Virus record (IMG/VR): IMGVR_UViG_3300010244_000002 | Span: 1 to 29,077 of that record | DNA from: a virus | Lineage: Duplodnaviria; Caudoviricetes | Length of the DNA stretch: 29,077 nucleotides | Reading direction: 5' to 3' (one strand) | In this document: one piece after another, positions 1-8,680 of the stretch | Layout: the number at the start of each line of letters is the position of its first letter | Position numbering within the stretch: position 1 is the stretch's first letter | Program-made: the position numbers and the translations under genes | Notes under the pieces: generated by a model | What the model was told of the DNA's origin: nothing | What the model saw: only the letters and a program-made list of their open reading frames with translations | Databases searched by the model: none

Positions 1-3000
1 CAGAAGCATAAGGGCTTGCATCGAAAGCTCCGATACCATAGAAGTTACCCTTCTCTTGTGCAATCTGGGAAGAACCCCAACCTGTTTCGTGAGCTGCATG
101 TCCAACTAAATATCTTGGGTCTAATCCCGATTGTCTTCCAGCTTCCATAAAGGCTTCACCTTGATTATACATGGTAGAACCCTCGGATGCATTACTATTA
201 ATCCAATCATTTAATTGAGAAGCTGTTAGAGTATCAGTTGTTTTTCCAAGGTCGTGTTTGGTTAAGTCAGAACTTGTCCAGAACTCTCCTTCTCCAACAT
301 TACCTAGTTCTCCACCTACTCCTGATCCACTTGATGAAGTTCCTCCTCCACCATTTAAACCACTTGTATCTCCTACGATTCCATTCTGTTCTTTTGCTTG
401 ATTTAATAAGTTTTGGATTCGTCCAATAAGTTTTTCTAAGAAGTTTAGGTTTTCTGTTTCTTTCGCTAAGTTTTCTTGGGTAAGAGTAGCAATTTCTTTT
501 CTAGAACTTGCAATGGATTGTTCCTCATTCGTTTTCTCGTCAGATGATTCTGTTTGGGAATTGTATTTCTCTGTCTGTTGTTGAGTAGACTTAGCATCTG
601 AGGTAGCTTTATTTAGAGCTTGTTCATGAGACATTCCTTGGTCAATATATTGATTATACAGTTGGTTTCTTTCTTGAGTATTGAAATCTCCACTCTCTGA
701 AAGTGCTGGGTTTTCTTGACTCGCACCCTCAACTTTTACTTGAGCGCCTTCAGGCATTTGAGAAACCATATCTGCTTGTTGGTTCTCACCAGTAGCTTCT
801 TCCTGGGTTCCAAACAAGAAGTTACCTATTCCACCTAATACTTTTTGTCCAAGACCGCTACCAGCTATGTAGCCACCAATTCCACCAATCGCTGAACCAA
901 TAGGTCCTAAACCGAGTCCGATTTTGGCGCCTAGAGCACTTCCTGCCCAGCCACCACCGACTCGTCCAGCTTCTTCGGTACCTGCTTGTAGTTTGTTTTC
1001 GGAGGTGAAAGTATTATAAATGCCCGATACAACATCTAATCCTAAACCTAGTTTACCTACTCCTTTACCTACTCCTTTACCTACTCCTTTACCTACTCCT
1101 TTACCTACTCCTGTTCCACCAGATGTAGTAGGAGGAGGTGTAGTTGAAGTGGTAGCTGACCCAGTCCCAGAGTTTCCACCAAGTCCAAACCATCCACCGA
1201 CAGTTTGTCCAGCGTTTTTAAGACCACCTAGAGCTTTTCCACCTAATGATTTAGCTCCTTGCCAAAGTTCTCCTCCAGCGTTTTTAAGACCACCTAGAGC
1301 TTTTCCACCTAATGATTTAACTCCTTGCCAAAGTCCTCCTCCAGCAATTGTTTGACCTAATCCTTTTAGACCACCAGTAGCTCCTTTACCTCCGAATATT
1401 TTAGGAAGTATAGAACCTAGTCCTTTTCCTCCAGTAAGTCCTTTTATTCCGCCTGAAAGAGCTAGCCAAGGAATATTTGAAATAAGTCCTCCAACAGCCG
1501 TACCTAATCCAGCAGCTCCAGCAACCATAGCAGCTTGACCAGCTCCACCAGAACCGAATTGGTTAACATTATCCATGAATTTATTTAATGTATCAATTAA
1601 GACGTTATCATTAAGCAAACGGTTCATTTCTTCCGCATGGGCTTCTCTAGATAAAGCATTCTTATCCGCAGAGTCTTGATATTGTTCCTCGTTTTCACCC
1701 ATCTGAGCTTCACCTTGTTGTTGTGTTTCGGCAAAAACCTCATCTAGGGCTTCATCAGATAGTTCACCTTGTTGATGTAGCTGTAAGGCTTCGTTTATAC
1801 CTTCAATATCTGTTCCTTGTAAATCAAATTGATTATAAAGGGTAGCAGCTGCACTTTCCGTAGACGGTGACATAGATAAAACACTGTCTGCAATGGAACC
1901 AAAGTTTTCTGGCGTTAATCCTTCTTGCGTTTGGTTAATATAATTATACATTCCATTTGGTCCCATGAAATCTGGGTTTTGTCCAGCCCCTAGCATAAAT
2001 CCTTGGTCTGAATACATGCTAGAACCAGAAATAGAAGAAGAAAAACTTGTCATGAATTGTTCTAAGTTTTCTCCTTGTAAAGAACGTCTTCCTGTGCCTG
2101 ATAAGACTGTAGCCATAGACATTTGGTCTTGGAGTTGGTCTGTTGTAACATCAAGTCCTTTTGACATTCCTTCTTGGATTCCAGTTAGGGCTCTTATTTG
2201 TTCTTGTTCACGACCTTGCATTCCTGAAGCTTTAATTCCACCGACAAAGCCTTCTTGTATAGCTTTCGCTTCATCTGCATTAGAAACAGTTCCTATTTGC
2301 ATAGATGAGTTCATAAATGAACTCAAGGCTTCTGCATCGACACCTGAGTAACGTTCCCCTTCAGCTAAGGTTCGAGACATCTCTTGTGTGTTCTCTGACC
2401 CTGTATAACCTAGATTACTCATAACATCTTCTGCGTAACCCATCATATCCATTCCGTTATACCCTAAGTCTGCCCCTAAGGCACCATAATCAGAACGGAT
2501 ACCACGGAAGTCATAGTCTCCTGTACGCATACCGAAAGATAAACTTTCATATCTCATTGCTTGATTTGTTTTTTTCCCTTGTCCATATCTATCAGCCATC
2601 TGATATCCAATAGCTCCTGTAATCGCTAGAGCAATTGAATTGGAACGCTCGTATAAGGTACCTTCTATAGTATCTCGGTCGGGTTTTTGAGAAATGTTTC
2701 CTTGAGCAGTTTCTCTATTTAAGTCTTCTACAAGAGGTGCTAATCGCTCAATTGCTTCATCAAGAGTATTAATGACATCGCTATGTTTATCCAAAATTTG
2801 TTGTTGTTGTCGCATTTCTTCGGCATAATCATCAAGTAATCGTCGTTGCTCCGCAGAAGCACCTGAGTCTCCGATTTCTGATTGGACATTTTGCATGTTT
2901 TCTTGGATTCGTTCGATTTCTTCACTAGCATCTGCCATTCCTTGGATGGCATCAGCACGAACTGACCCTTCTTCAGGTTGCCAATCACCTTCAAGAACAC

Positions 3001-3628
3001 CTTCCATTTGGTCTTCTCCAGCTCCTTGATACTCGGAAAAGAAGTTTTCGATGGAGGATGTCATATTTCTTGATTGTCCTGCGTTAATATACCCTGAGTT
3101 CATAGTTTGCTCAATTGTTCGAATTGTTTGATTTAACTCAGAGTTCAGGTTACTATTGACTCTTTTTGTTTCAGAATATCGTCTTTCTGAATCAGTAGGT
3201 CCAGTACGATAGTTACGAGACGGTTGCTCATTCATTTGGGTTCTTCCAGTATCTCGTGTACGTCTACCTATATTCTCTGTAAACTTTTCTTGTCTTTGTT
3301 GTTGGAACTGGTCTGTTTGTTGTCGACTTTGAGCATATTGTTCCTGAGCTCGTCGTCTTGTTTCAGGGTCTTGCGCTCCTCGATTCGCTTGACGGAACTC
3401 TTTCTTTAAGTCTACTTGTAGCTGGTTAATACTCTTAGTAAATTCATTCATTGTATTTATGTATTCATTAATACTTGCTGTGTCAATTTGAGAAAAATCA
3501 TTCATTTGACCCATTTCCATCTCAGCATCTTCAAGTTCTTGAGCTTGGCTTTTTAGGTCTTCAATTGTATTTCTGGCTTCTTGGGAATTCGCTTTTATAT
3601 TAAAAACAAAATCATTGTTCTCAACCAT
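1..3628 (-). CDS. Tape measure protein / tail lysin with GH73 glucosaminidase-like domain (3' part runs off the window)
   Basis: Not in the ORF track, probably because the stop lies outside the window. ATG at 3628 follows a GGAGGTGG RBS and reads MVENNDFVFNIKANSQEARN. The same frame at the left edge reads LDPRYLVGHAAHETGWGSSQIAQEKGNFYGIGAFD, a glucosaminidase motif. It has a Gly-rich, Trp-periodic middle and sits directly after the chaperones. Frame was spot-checked, not read codon by codon. Confidence 0.88.
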   Translation of the reverse strand, partial: MVENNDFVFNIKANSQEARNTIEDLKSQAQELEDAEMEMGQMNDFSQIDTASINEYINTMNEFTKSINQLQVDLKKEFRQANRGAQDPETRRRAQEQYAQSRQQTDQFQQQRQEKFTENIGRRTRDTGRTQMNEQPSRNYRTGPTDSERRYSETKRVNSNLNSELNQTIRTIEQTMNSGYINAGQSRNMTSSIENFFSEYQGAGEDQMEGVLEGDWQPEEGSVRADAIQGMADASEEIERIQENMQNVQSEIGDSGASAEQRRLLDDYAEEMRQQQQILDKHSDVINTLDEAIERLAPLVEDLNRETAQGNISQKPDRDTIEGTLYERSNSIALAITGAIGYQMADRYGQGKKTNQAMRYESLSFGMRTGDYDFRGIRSDYGALGADLGYNGMDMMGYAEDVMSNLGYTGSENTQEMSRTLAEGERYSGVDAEALSSFMNSSMQIGTVSNADEAKAIQEGFVGGIKASGMQGREQEQIRALTGIQEGMSKGLDVTTDQLQDQMSMATVLSGTGRRSLQGENLEQFMTSFSSSISGSSMYSDQGFMLGAGQNPDFMGPNGMYNYINQTQEGLTPENFGSIADSVLSMSPSTESAAATLYNQFDLQGTDIEGINEALQLHQQGELSDEALDEVFAETQQQGEAQMGENEEQYQDSADKNALSREAHAEEMNRLLNDNVLIDTLNKFMDNVNQFGSGGAGQAAMVAGAAGLGTAVGGLISNIPWLALSGGIKGLTGGKGLGSILPKIFGGKGATGGLKGLGQTIAGGGLWQGVKSLGGKALGGLKNAGGELWQGAKSLGGKALGGLKNAGQTVGGWFGLGGNSGTGSATTSTTPPPTTSGGTGVGKGVGKGVGKGVGKGVGKLGLGLDVVSGIYNTFTSENKLQAGTEEAGRVGGGWAGSALGAKIGLGLGPIGSAIGGIGGYIAGSGLGQKVLGGIGNFLFGTQEEATGENQQADMVSQMPEGAQVKVEGASQENPALSESGDFNTQERNQLYNQYIDQGMSHEQALNKATSDAKSTQQQTEKYNSQTESSDEKTNEEQSIASSRKEIATLTQENLAKETENLNFLEKLIGRIQNLLNQAKEQNGIVGDTSGLNGGGGTSSSGSGVGGELGNVGEGEFWTSSDLTKHDLGKTTDTLTASQLNDWINSNASEGSTMYNQGEAFMEAGRQSGLDPRYLVGHAAHETGWGSSQIAQEKGNFYGIGAFDASPYAS
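1052..1111. repeat. 5 x 12-bp tandem repeat (TTTACCTACTCC) encoding (GVGK)5 in the tape measure protein
   Basis: Five perfect consecutive copies read directly, in frame with the minus-strand CDS. Confidence 0.95.
1209..1345. repeat. 66-bp tandem duplication (22-aa unit AGGxLWQGxKSLGGKALGGLKN) in the tape measure protein
   Basis: CCAGCGTTTTTAAGACCACCTAGAGCTTTTCCACCTAATGATTTA starts at 1209 and again at 1275. Confidence 0.92.
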
Positions 3629-3671
3629 TTAGTTATCCACCTCCTTACTTCTTAGTTTTCGATTCCTTTTT

Positions 3672-4340
3672 TTATATGAAATCGTCATCATCATCTTCCC
3701 CAGTATCTGAGTCTTCATTAAATAATTTAATTGCTTCGTCTAATGATTCATCGTCTACTTCACGGAAGTCCCCTTCTTTGGCTTTTTCTATTTTTTCCAC
3801 GTCTTCAGGTTTCTTCCCTGTTTCAGCTATTTTTCTCGCTTCCTCAAAAACATTATCAATGTTTTCTTGAAGTCGTTTCTCTTGGTGGACTTTCTTCGCA
3901 TCTTCACCACCTTCTTCAAGATACTTGTTCCAATCATCAATTGATTTCATCTTGCCTTTGATTTTATCTAAGTCTTCTTCCTTGGTTAATGCATCTACTT
4001 GACGTGCAATATCTTCTTCATCATGCCCCTCACGAAGTACTTCGAAATCTTTATCTGTGTACCAAGAATCGTCATTATCTTCATAATGAGACCCTGAACC
4101 AGAACTATACCCTTTACGAGCTCGTTTAATTTTATTCGCATCATCTTCCATATTGTACATAATAAATCCAAGTTGCTCATTAGTAAGATTTTGGAATCGT
4201 TCATCCGTCGGTAGAACATTAAACTCTTTCATGATATACCATAAGTTTTTACCTAATGGTTTTTTCGATATATGTTTAAGACCGCCGACTTCTTTCAATT
4301 TAGTATTGAAATCGATTCCTCCATTCCATATAGTCATCAT
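3672..4340 (-). CDS. Tail assembly chaperone, second ORF (probably made as a +1 frameshift fusion with the upstream ORF)
   Basis: Lies directly before the tape measure gene, contains the GGLxxxxxxxxxxNLWxIMKxFNVLPTD motif recalled from this phage group, overlaps the upstream ORF and has no well-spaced RBS. Confidence 0.72.
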   Translation of the reverse strand: MMTIWNGGIDFNTKLKEVGGLKHISKKPLGKNLWYIMKEFNVLPTDERFQNLTNEQLGFIMYNMEDDANKIKRARKGYSSGSGSHYEDNDDSWYTDKDFEVLREGHDEEDIARQVDALTKEEDLDKIKGKMKSIDDWNKYLEEGGEDAKKVHQEKRLQENIDNVFEEARKIAETGKKPEDVEKIEKAKEGDFREVDDESLDEAIKLFNEDSDTGEDDDDDFI

Positions 4341-4782
4341 AAATAGTGGCTAAAATGAACGGATTGTATACCTCCTCAGTGTTTCTAAACAATTTCGGAA
4401 TATAAACTTCTTCAGTGTCTACGCCATATTTATTAATTTGATGCTCAATGGTTGCAAGCATATAATACGCTTTATAAGCATTAGACTGTGGATTCATTAG
4501 TGTAGCAAACCCACCAAACATCTGTTCCATAACCGCTTTAACTCGTGCTTGGTCGGTTAATGAAGGGAACTTCAGTTTAATTGTAAACTCAATCTCAATT
4601 TCGTCGAATTTATAATCCTCTTTGAATACATCATTATGCCCTGCAATAACTCGGAAAATTTCTTTTTTTTCTTCTTGTTCCTGTTCTTTACGTAGTTGTT
4701 CAGTGTTATCTTTGATATCATTGTCATTTGTCGTATCTTTTTTCGTTGGTTCTGGTGAATTGTCCTTGATTTCTTCAGACAT
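4300..4782 (-). CDS. Tail assembly chaperone, first ORF
   Basis: GGAGGAG RBS, a late-type motif upstream, position between tube and tape measure, and a C-terminus ending WRNRFQY. Confidence 0.75.
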   Translation of the reverse strand: MSEEIKDNSPEPTKKDTTNDNDIKDNTEQLRKEQEQEEKKEIFRVIAGHNDVFKEDYKFDEIEIEFTIKLKFPSLTDQARVKAVMEQMFGGFATLMNPQSNAYKAYYMLATIEHQINKYGVDTEEVYIPKLFRNTEEVYNPFILATIYDDYMEWRNRFQY

Positions 4783-4829
4783 TTTTCAATCTCCTCCAAT
4801 AGTTTAATGTGTTTTTGTCCTACAATTAG

Positions 4830-4844
4830 TAATATAATACAACT
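4830..4844 (-). promoter_or_regulatory. Putative phage late promoter (AGTTGTATTATATTA)
   Basis: Copy of the recurrent TTATATTA motif in the gap upstream of the chaperone gene. Confidence 0.6.
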
Positions 4845-4860
4845 AACCGTTCTTTCTCCA

Positions 4861-5964
4861 TTATACCATACTTTGAAGGCTTTCCTCTGCCTCATCAACA
4901 TTACTTTCTTCTTCAATCCAGTTGTTTATAGATACTGGTTTTTCAGATTCATCATTGTCATACGTATCTTCGAAGTCCTTTTGGTCTGCAAAGTTTTCAA
5001 ATATATTCTTTAATGTCATGAACAAGTAGTTGTTTACATTCTTAACTTTCCCTTTCTTCTCTCCAATGATTACTCGGTTAAACCCTTTGTATAGCTCACT
5101 ATGTAACCCTTCGTTTTCAATAGTTAAATAAGTTTTTCCTCGTTCTTTTTCAACAGATCTATGAGAATGGATGAGTTTATCTGTAAATAACTCAAACTGA
5201 CTAAAGTCACTAAAGCTATATGTTTTCATTAGTGTGATGATTTGTTCACCAAACAAATCGTTTAACGCATAACTTTCAGTGTACATGTCTATTAACTCAT
5301 CTTCGGTATCTTGGGTTTGGTTGTTTTGGAAAGACTGTTTCAATTGATTATTTTGAAGCTCGTACTCTGATTCTTTATTTTCTTTAAAATCTTTAGGTAT
5401 TGTTAAGTTCTTATTACTAGGGTAAACATTTTTAATATCAGTAGACAAATTAGTTAACTCTGTCAATGATTCATGGTCTTCGTAGGGGTTATTTTCGTCA
5501 AAGGTATTAACATGTTTAACAGGTTCTTCATTTGATTCTTCTACATTTTCAGAAATATAATGAGACTGTTCTTCTGTCATTAATTCATCTTCGTATGTAA
5601 TGATATATTTTTCTTCTTCCTCATCTATTGCTTCAGGGACTTGTAAATAAAGTTTATTTGCTCTACCTGTTCTTACTTCTTTTAAAAGACCCACTCTAGA
5701 TAAATTCTTTTTAATTTTTATAACTGTAGGCTTAGAAACGTTAAGTATCTCTGCTAAGGAATTATTAGAATAAATGAAGTAAATATCTCCATTTTCGTCA
5801 AACCATTCATTTTTAATACTTACACTTAAACGGTCATTCAAAACAACATAAGCTTGGCGGTCATTTGCTGTTAATGTATTTTTATATTTTTCTCCTTTAA
5901 GTAATAACTTAGGGAATTGATAGAACTCTTGCTCTGCTTTGTTTTTAATGTTTTTATTTTTCAA
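4861..5964 (-). CDS. repA: RepA_N-family plasmid-type replication initiator protein
   Basis: The N-terminus FYQFPKLLL..KYK..L...AYVVLNDRLSVSIKNEWFDENGDIYFIYSNNSLAEILNVSKPTVIKIKKNL...GLLKEVRTG..NKLYL is the RepA_N winged-helix signature. It is followed by an acidic linker and a C-terminal KVKNVNNYLFMTLKN motif. TTG start with AGAGG RBS. Confidence 0.9.
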   Translation of the reverse strand: MKNKNIKNKAEQEFYQFPKLLLKGEKYKNTLTANDRQAYVVLNDRLSVSIKNEWFDENGDIYFIYSNNSLAEILNVSKPTVIKIKKNLSRVGLLKEVRTGRANKLYLQVPEAIDEEEEKYIITYEDELMTEEQSHYISENVEESNEEPVKHVNTFDENNPYEDHESLTELTNLSTDIKNVYPSNKNLTIPKDFKENKESEYELQNNQLKQSFQNNQTQDTEDELIDMYTESYALNDLFGEQIITLMKTYSFSDFSQFELFTDKLIHSHRSVEKERGKTYLTIENEGLHSELYKGFNRVIIGEKKGKVKNVNNYLFMTLKNIFENFADQKDFEDTYDNDESEKPVSINNWIEEESNVDEAEESLQSMV

Positions 5965-6030
5965 GTATAAACGTCCTCTTTTATAAATTTACGATTCAAT
6001 ACTTCTATGTATTAACGTATGTATATTTAA

Positions 6031-6067
6031 ACACTACATTAAGAACATTTAATTGTCAAGAACATTT
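6031..6067 (-). promoter_or_regulatory. Sigma-A-type promoter of repA (TTGACA-17-TAGTGT) overlapped by two AAATGTTCTT direct repeats
   Basis: -35 at 6054-6059, -10 at 6031-6036, 17-bp spacer. The repeats are at 6041-6050 and 6058-6067. Confidence 0.7.
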
Positions 6068-6088
6068 TACCTACTCCGTTATACATAT

Positions 6089-6117
6089 AAAAAAAAGAGA
6101 CCTTCTATGAGGTCTCT
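6089..6117 (-). terminator. Intrinsic terminator after the tail tube gene
   Basis: AGAGACCT/AGGTCTCT stem followed by a T-tract on the minus strand. Confidence 0.88.
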
Positions 6118-6140
6118 CCATTATGTTATGTATTTGATTA

Positions 6141-6566
6141 TTAAGCAGATACGTTAGCGGCTTGCAAGAATTGCCAAGTTGAGTTCTCACTCATGATTTC
6201 GTTTGCAGTTACTTCAATATTCAAATCCTGAGCTGAACAACCACGGTAAGAAACAACGACTTGTTTTGTTAAGTTATCCATAACTACAATATCTATAACG
6301 TCTTTTTGTAGTATGTCTTCACCTAAAGCGGTAAGCCCTAATTGGTCTAGAGATTCACGCTTCATACGGAATCTTTCTAATGTTAATGAGCCTTCATATT
6401 GTAAGTAAACATGTTCTTGAGGCATGATAGAACCAATCTCGTATACACCAGTAGTTCCATAAGAAATCTCTGCTGAAACTGACTGTGCACGTCCAATTGT
6501 TTTACCATTAACCATCAAGTATACCGTATTACCTGTATGAACGGCTTGCTGAGTTACACTTGCCAT
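6141..6566 (-). CDS. Tail tube protein
   Basis: MASVTQQAVHTGNTVYLMV...IGRAQS...YGTTGVYEIGSIMPQEHVYL is typical of Herelleviridae tail tubes; it follows the sheath gene. Confidence 0.92.
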   Translation of the reverse strand: MASVTQQAVHTGNTVYLMVNGKTIGRAQSVSAEISYGTTGVYEIGSIMPQEHVYLQYEGSLTLERFRMKRESLDQLGLTALGEDILQKDVIDIVVMDNLTKQVVVSYRGCSAQDLNIEVTANEIMSENSTWQFLQAANVSA

Positions 6567-6600
6567 TTATATATTCACTCCTATTCATAATTTAGATAAG

Positions 6601-6621
6601 AAGGAGGGGAACCCCCTCCTT
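6601..6621. other. GC-rich hairpin between the sheath and tube genes
   Basis: AAGGAGGGG-AAC-CCCCTCCTT forms a perfect 9-bp stem with no strong U-tract, so it may be a stability or attenuation element. Confidence 0.6.
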
Positions 6622-6627
6622 GATTAT

Positions 6628-8439
6628 TTACGATTCTAGTATTTCTTGTTTATATACAAGAGATACGTTGATTCGTTTGATATTTCTGATTGGTTCGATT
6701 ACCATTGATATATTTGCAACTTCACCATTAATAATAACCTGAACATCTTCTGGGTTATAATCAAGAATTTCGTTGTCACGTTTCTTCTGGTCAAGGAACG
6801 ATTCTACTGAGTTCTTGATAAGTGAAGCAGATACATCTATTACTCGGTTTCCGATATAATTTTCATCTAACTCAATCTTCAATTCAGATACTAAGAAGTC
6901 ATGAGCTTCTCCGACACCTAGTTGGTTATTTACTGGGTCATTTTGGTCATTATAAGTCGTAACATCGTCGACAACACGGAATTTAGTACTAGTACGGTTA
7001 CGGACAAATTCTGCCATAATTACACCACCTGCATTTAGGGCATCCATTTGTACAGAATCATGAATTGTGGATAAATTACTTATTGATAACTGTTTGAATG
7101 TTACAGCTTCACCGACTGGTAATCCTGAAGCTAACCCAGCAATCTGAGCTGCAAATAGATAAGCAGGGGTTTCTTTTACTCGACCATCTACAGAAGTTCG
7201 TGTTCCTGAGATTCCTGTTAAAGCAACTCGTGAATTGCGTAAAGTTGTTGCTCTTCCTAATAATCGTTCAGGGGTCTCATCGTAGCTTCCTCCAACAATT
7301 GCTCTCATTGGGTCTCCGTTTGCCGTACGGTCATTAACAAAAGCTGAAGCTTCAGCATGGACAGATTCTTTATCTGTAAGAGGTACTAAGTAGTAGCCAC
7401 CTTCGTTAGCAAACAATTTAATTTTTTCTCCCCATGATTCTGGGACAACTCCTGTTTCTCCATCTTCTAGAGTTACTGGACCAAAGTCTTGGATTTCTAC
7501 TCCACCGTCAACAACAAGATTGTTAGAACTAGATAGTTCTTGTACGATAAGGTTGTCAGGTATATTAAGTTCAATATAAGGGTCATATTCTAGTTGTTGA
7601 ACTAAGTCAGCAAGTAAACCAGTTACTCGAACTTCGTTATCTGCGGTAACTTCTGTTTCTGGTATAGGGTCTAAACCAGCTGTGTTGATGTTTTTGTTAC
7701 CAGTAGTTGGCATAGTTGCTACAATTCCGTCAATTGTATTTAATTCGTTAACTAATCGAGATGCATAAGCATAAGGACCAGAACCTAGAGTAAACTCTAC
7801 GGATTGAGTACCAGTTGATCCACCTTCTACTACTGTTCCGTCTGTGGTAGAGTCATCGGTTGTTGAACCTGTTTCTCCACTTCCGTCTCCGATATGTACA
7901 ATGAATTTATCGTCTGCGATTTCCACACCTACATAACCAACATTGGAATCTTCTTCTTTATTTACAGAAATAATATGCCCAATATTACGATAAACTTGTC
8001 GGTGGTTATCTTGTGGGAAATTAACAGTTAAGTTTCGGTTATTATTGTTATTATATGTACTTGTTCTTAATTCCAATTCAATGTCATTAGCATCTTGCCC
8101 GTAAATTTTGGATTGGAAAGTAACGCCACCTTGCTCAACGCTTGCTGGTTTTGCATCTTCTACACGCATAGCGAATACGTCGCCTGCACCTGGAGATTCG
8201 TTTGAAGGGTTCCAAGCCATTTCTAAGGCATCAAGGAGTTCTCCTCCTCTAAAGATATTTTGAGCATCATATAAGTTACGTACACGATAAACCGTATCTG
8301 GTTGTCCACCTTGAGCTGAACCAATAAGCATTAATGGTTTTTCGGAATCACTAGCAGACCCAGTTAAAGCTGTCGTATCCGTTTGAATTTGTGTACTAGG
8401 ACGATCAACGGGTCTTCTTGGGAAATTTTCTATTGCCAT
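6628..8439 (-). CDS. Tail sheath protein
   Basis: 603 aa with GSAQGGQP...IFRGGELLDALEMAWNP, YYLVPLTDKESVHAE, FRVVDDVTTYN and GEAHDFLVSELK motifs recalled from Twort/SPO1-like sheaths. Confidence 0.93.
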   Translation of the reverse strand: MAIENFPRRPVDRPSTQIQTDTTALTGSASDSEKPLMLIGSAQGGQPDTVYRVRNLYDAQNIFRGGELLDALEMAWNPSNESPGAGDVFAMRVEDAKPASVEQGGVTFQSKIYGQDANDIELELRTSTYNNNNNRNLTVNFPQDNHRQVYRNIGHIISVNKEEDSNVGYVGVEIADDKFIVHIGDGSGETGSTTDDSTTDGTVVEGGSTGTQSVEFTLGSGPYAYASRLVNELNTIDGIVATMPTTGNKNINTAGLDPIPETEVTADNEVRVTGLLADLVQQLEYDPYIELNIPDNLIVQELSSSNNLVVDGGVEIQDFGPVTLEDGETGVVPESWGEKIKLFANEGGYYLVPLTDKESVHAEASAFVNDRTANGDPMRAIVGGSYDETPERLLGRATTLRNSRVALTGISGTRTSVDGRVKETPAYLFAAQIAGLASGLPVGEAVTFKQLSISNLSTIHDSVQMDALNAGGVIMAEFVRNRTSTKFRVVDDVTTYNDQNDPVNNQLGVGEAHDFLVSELKIELDENYIGNRVIDVSASLIKNSVESFLDQKKRDNEILDYNPEDVQVIINGEVANISMVIEPIRNIKRINVSLVYKQEILES

Positions 8440-8467
8440 GTAATTTTTTCTTCCTTTCTATTTTTTA

Positions 8468-8680
8468 TTATTTATCTAAACCTAAGTAATGTTTTAGATA
8501 AGGATCAAAAGCTTCTAATGAACTTAAATATTTCTTTTTATTCATATATGCTTTAAATCCACTAACTTGTAAATCACTTAGTCCATACACATGTCCTGCC
8601 TCCGCAATGAATTCGTCAATATGAACAAGACGTTTCTTAGGTTTAGACTGTTTCTTTTTGTTTTTTTTATCGGTTGCCAA
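8468..8680 (-). CDS. Small conserved protein upstream of the sheath
   Basis: HIDEF...GFKAYM motif and conserved syntenic position. Confidence 0.7.
   Translation of the reverse strand: MATDKKNKKKQSKPKKRLVHIDEFIAEAGHVYGLSDLQVSGFKAYMNKKKYLSSLEAFDPYLKHYLGLDK

Noticed and set aside
1052-1345. Repeats as a possible CRISPR or iteron array
   Set aside because: There are no unique spacers, unit lengths are multiples of three, and they lie in frame within a CDS.
238-3409. Short ORFs from the track (238-429, 1020-1355, 1965-2351, 2740-3000, 3224-3409), including a Pro-rich PTPL repeat protein
   Set aside because: They are antisense or out-of-frame shadows of the tape measure gene. The PTPL repeat is the reverse strand of (GVGK)5.
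5380-5560. Clear iteron array (oriV) in the middle of repA
   Set aside because: Only short degenerate AT-rich matches and small palindromes (AGTTAACT, AACATGTT) are visible, which is not enough to call an origin.
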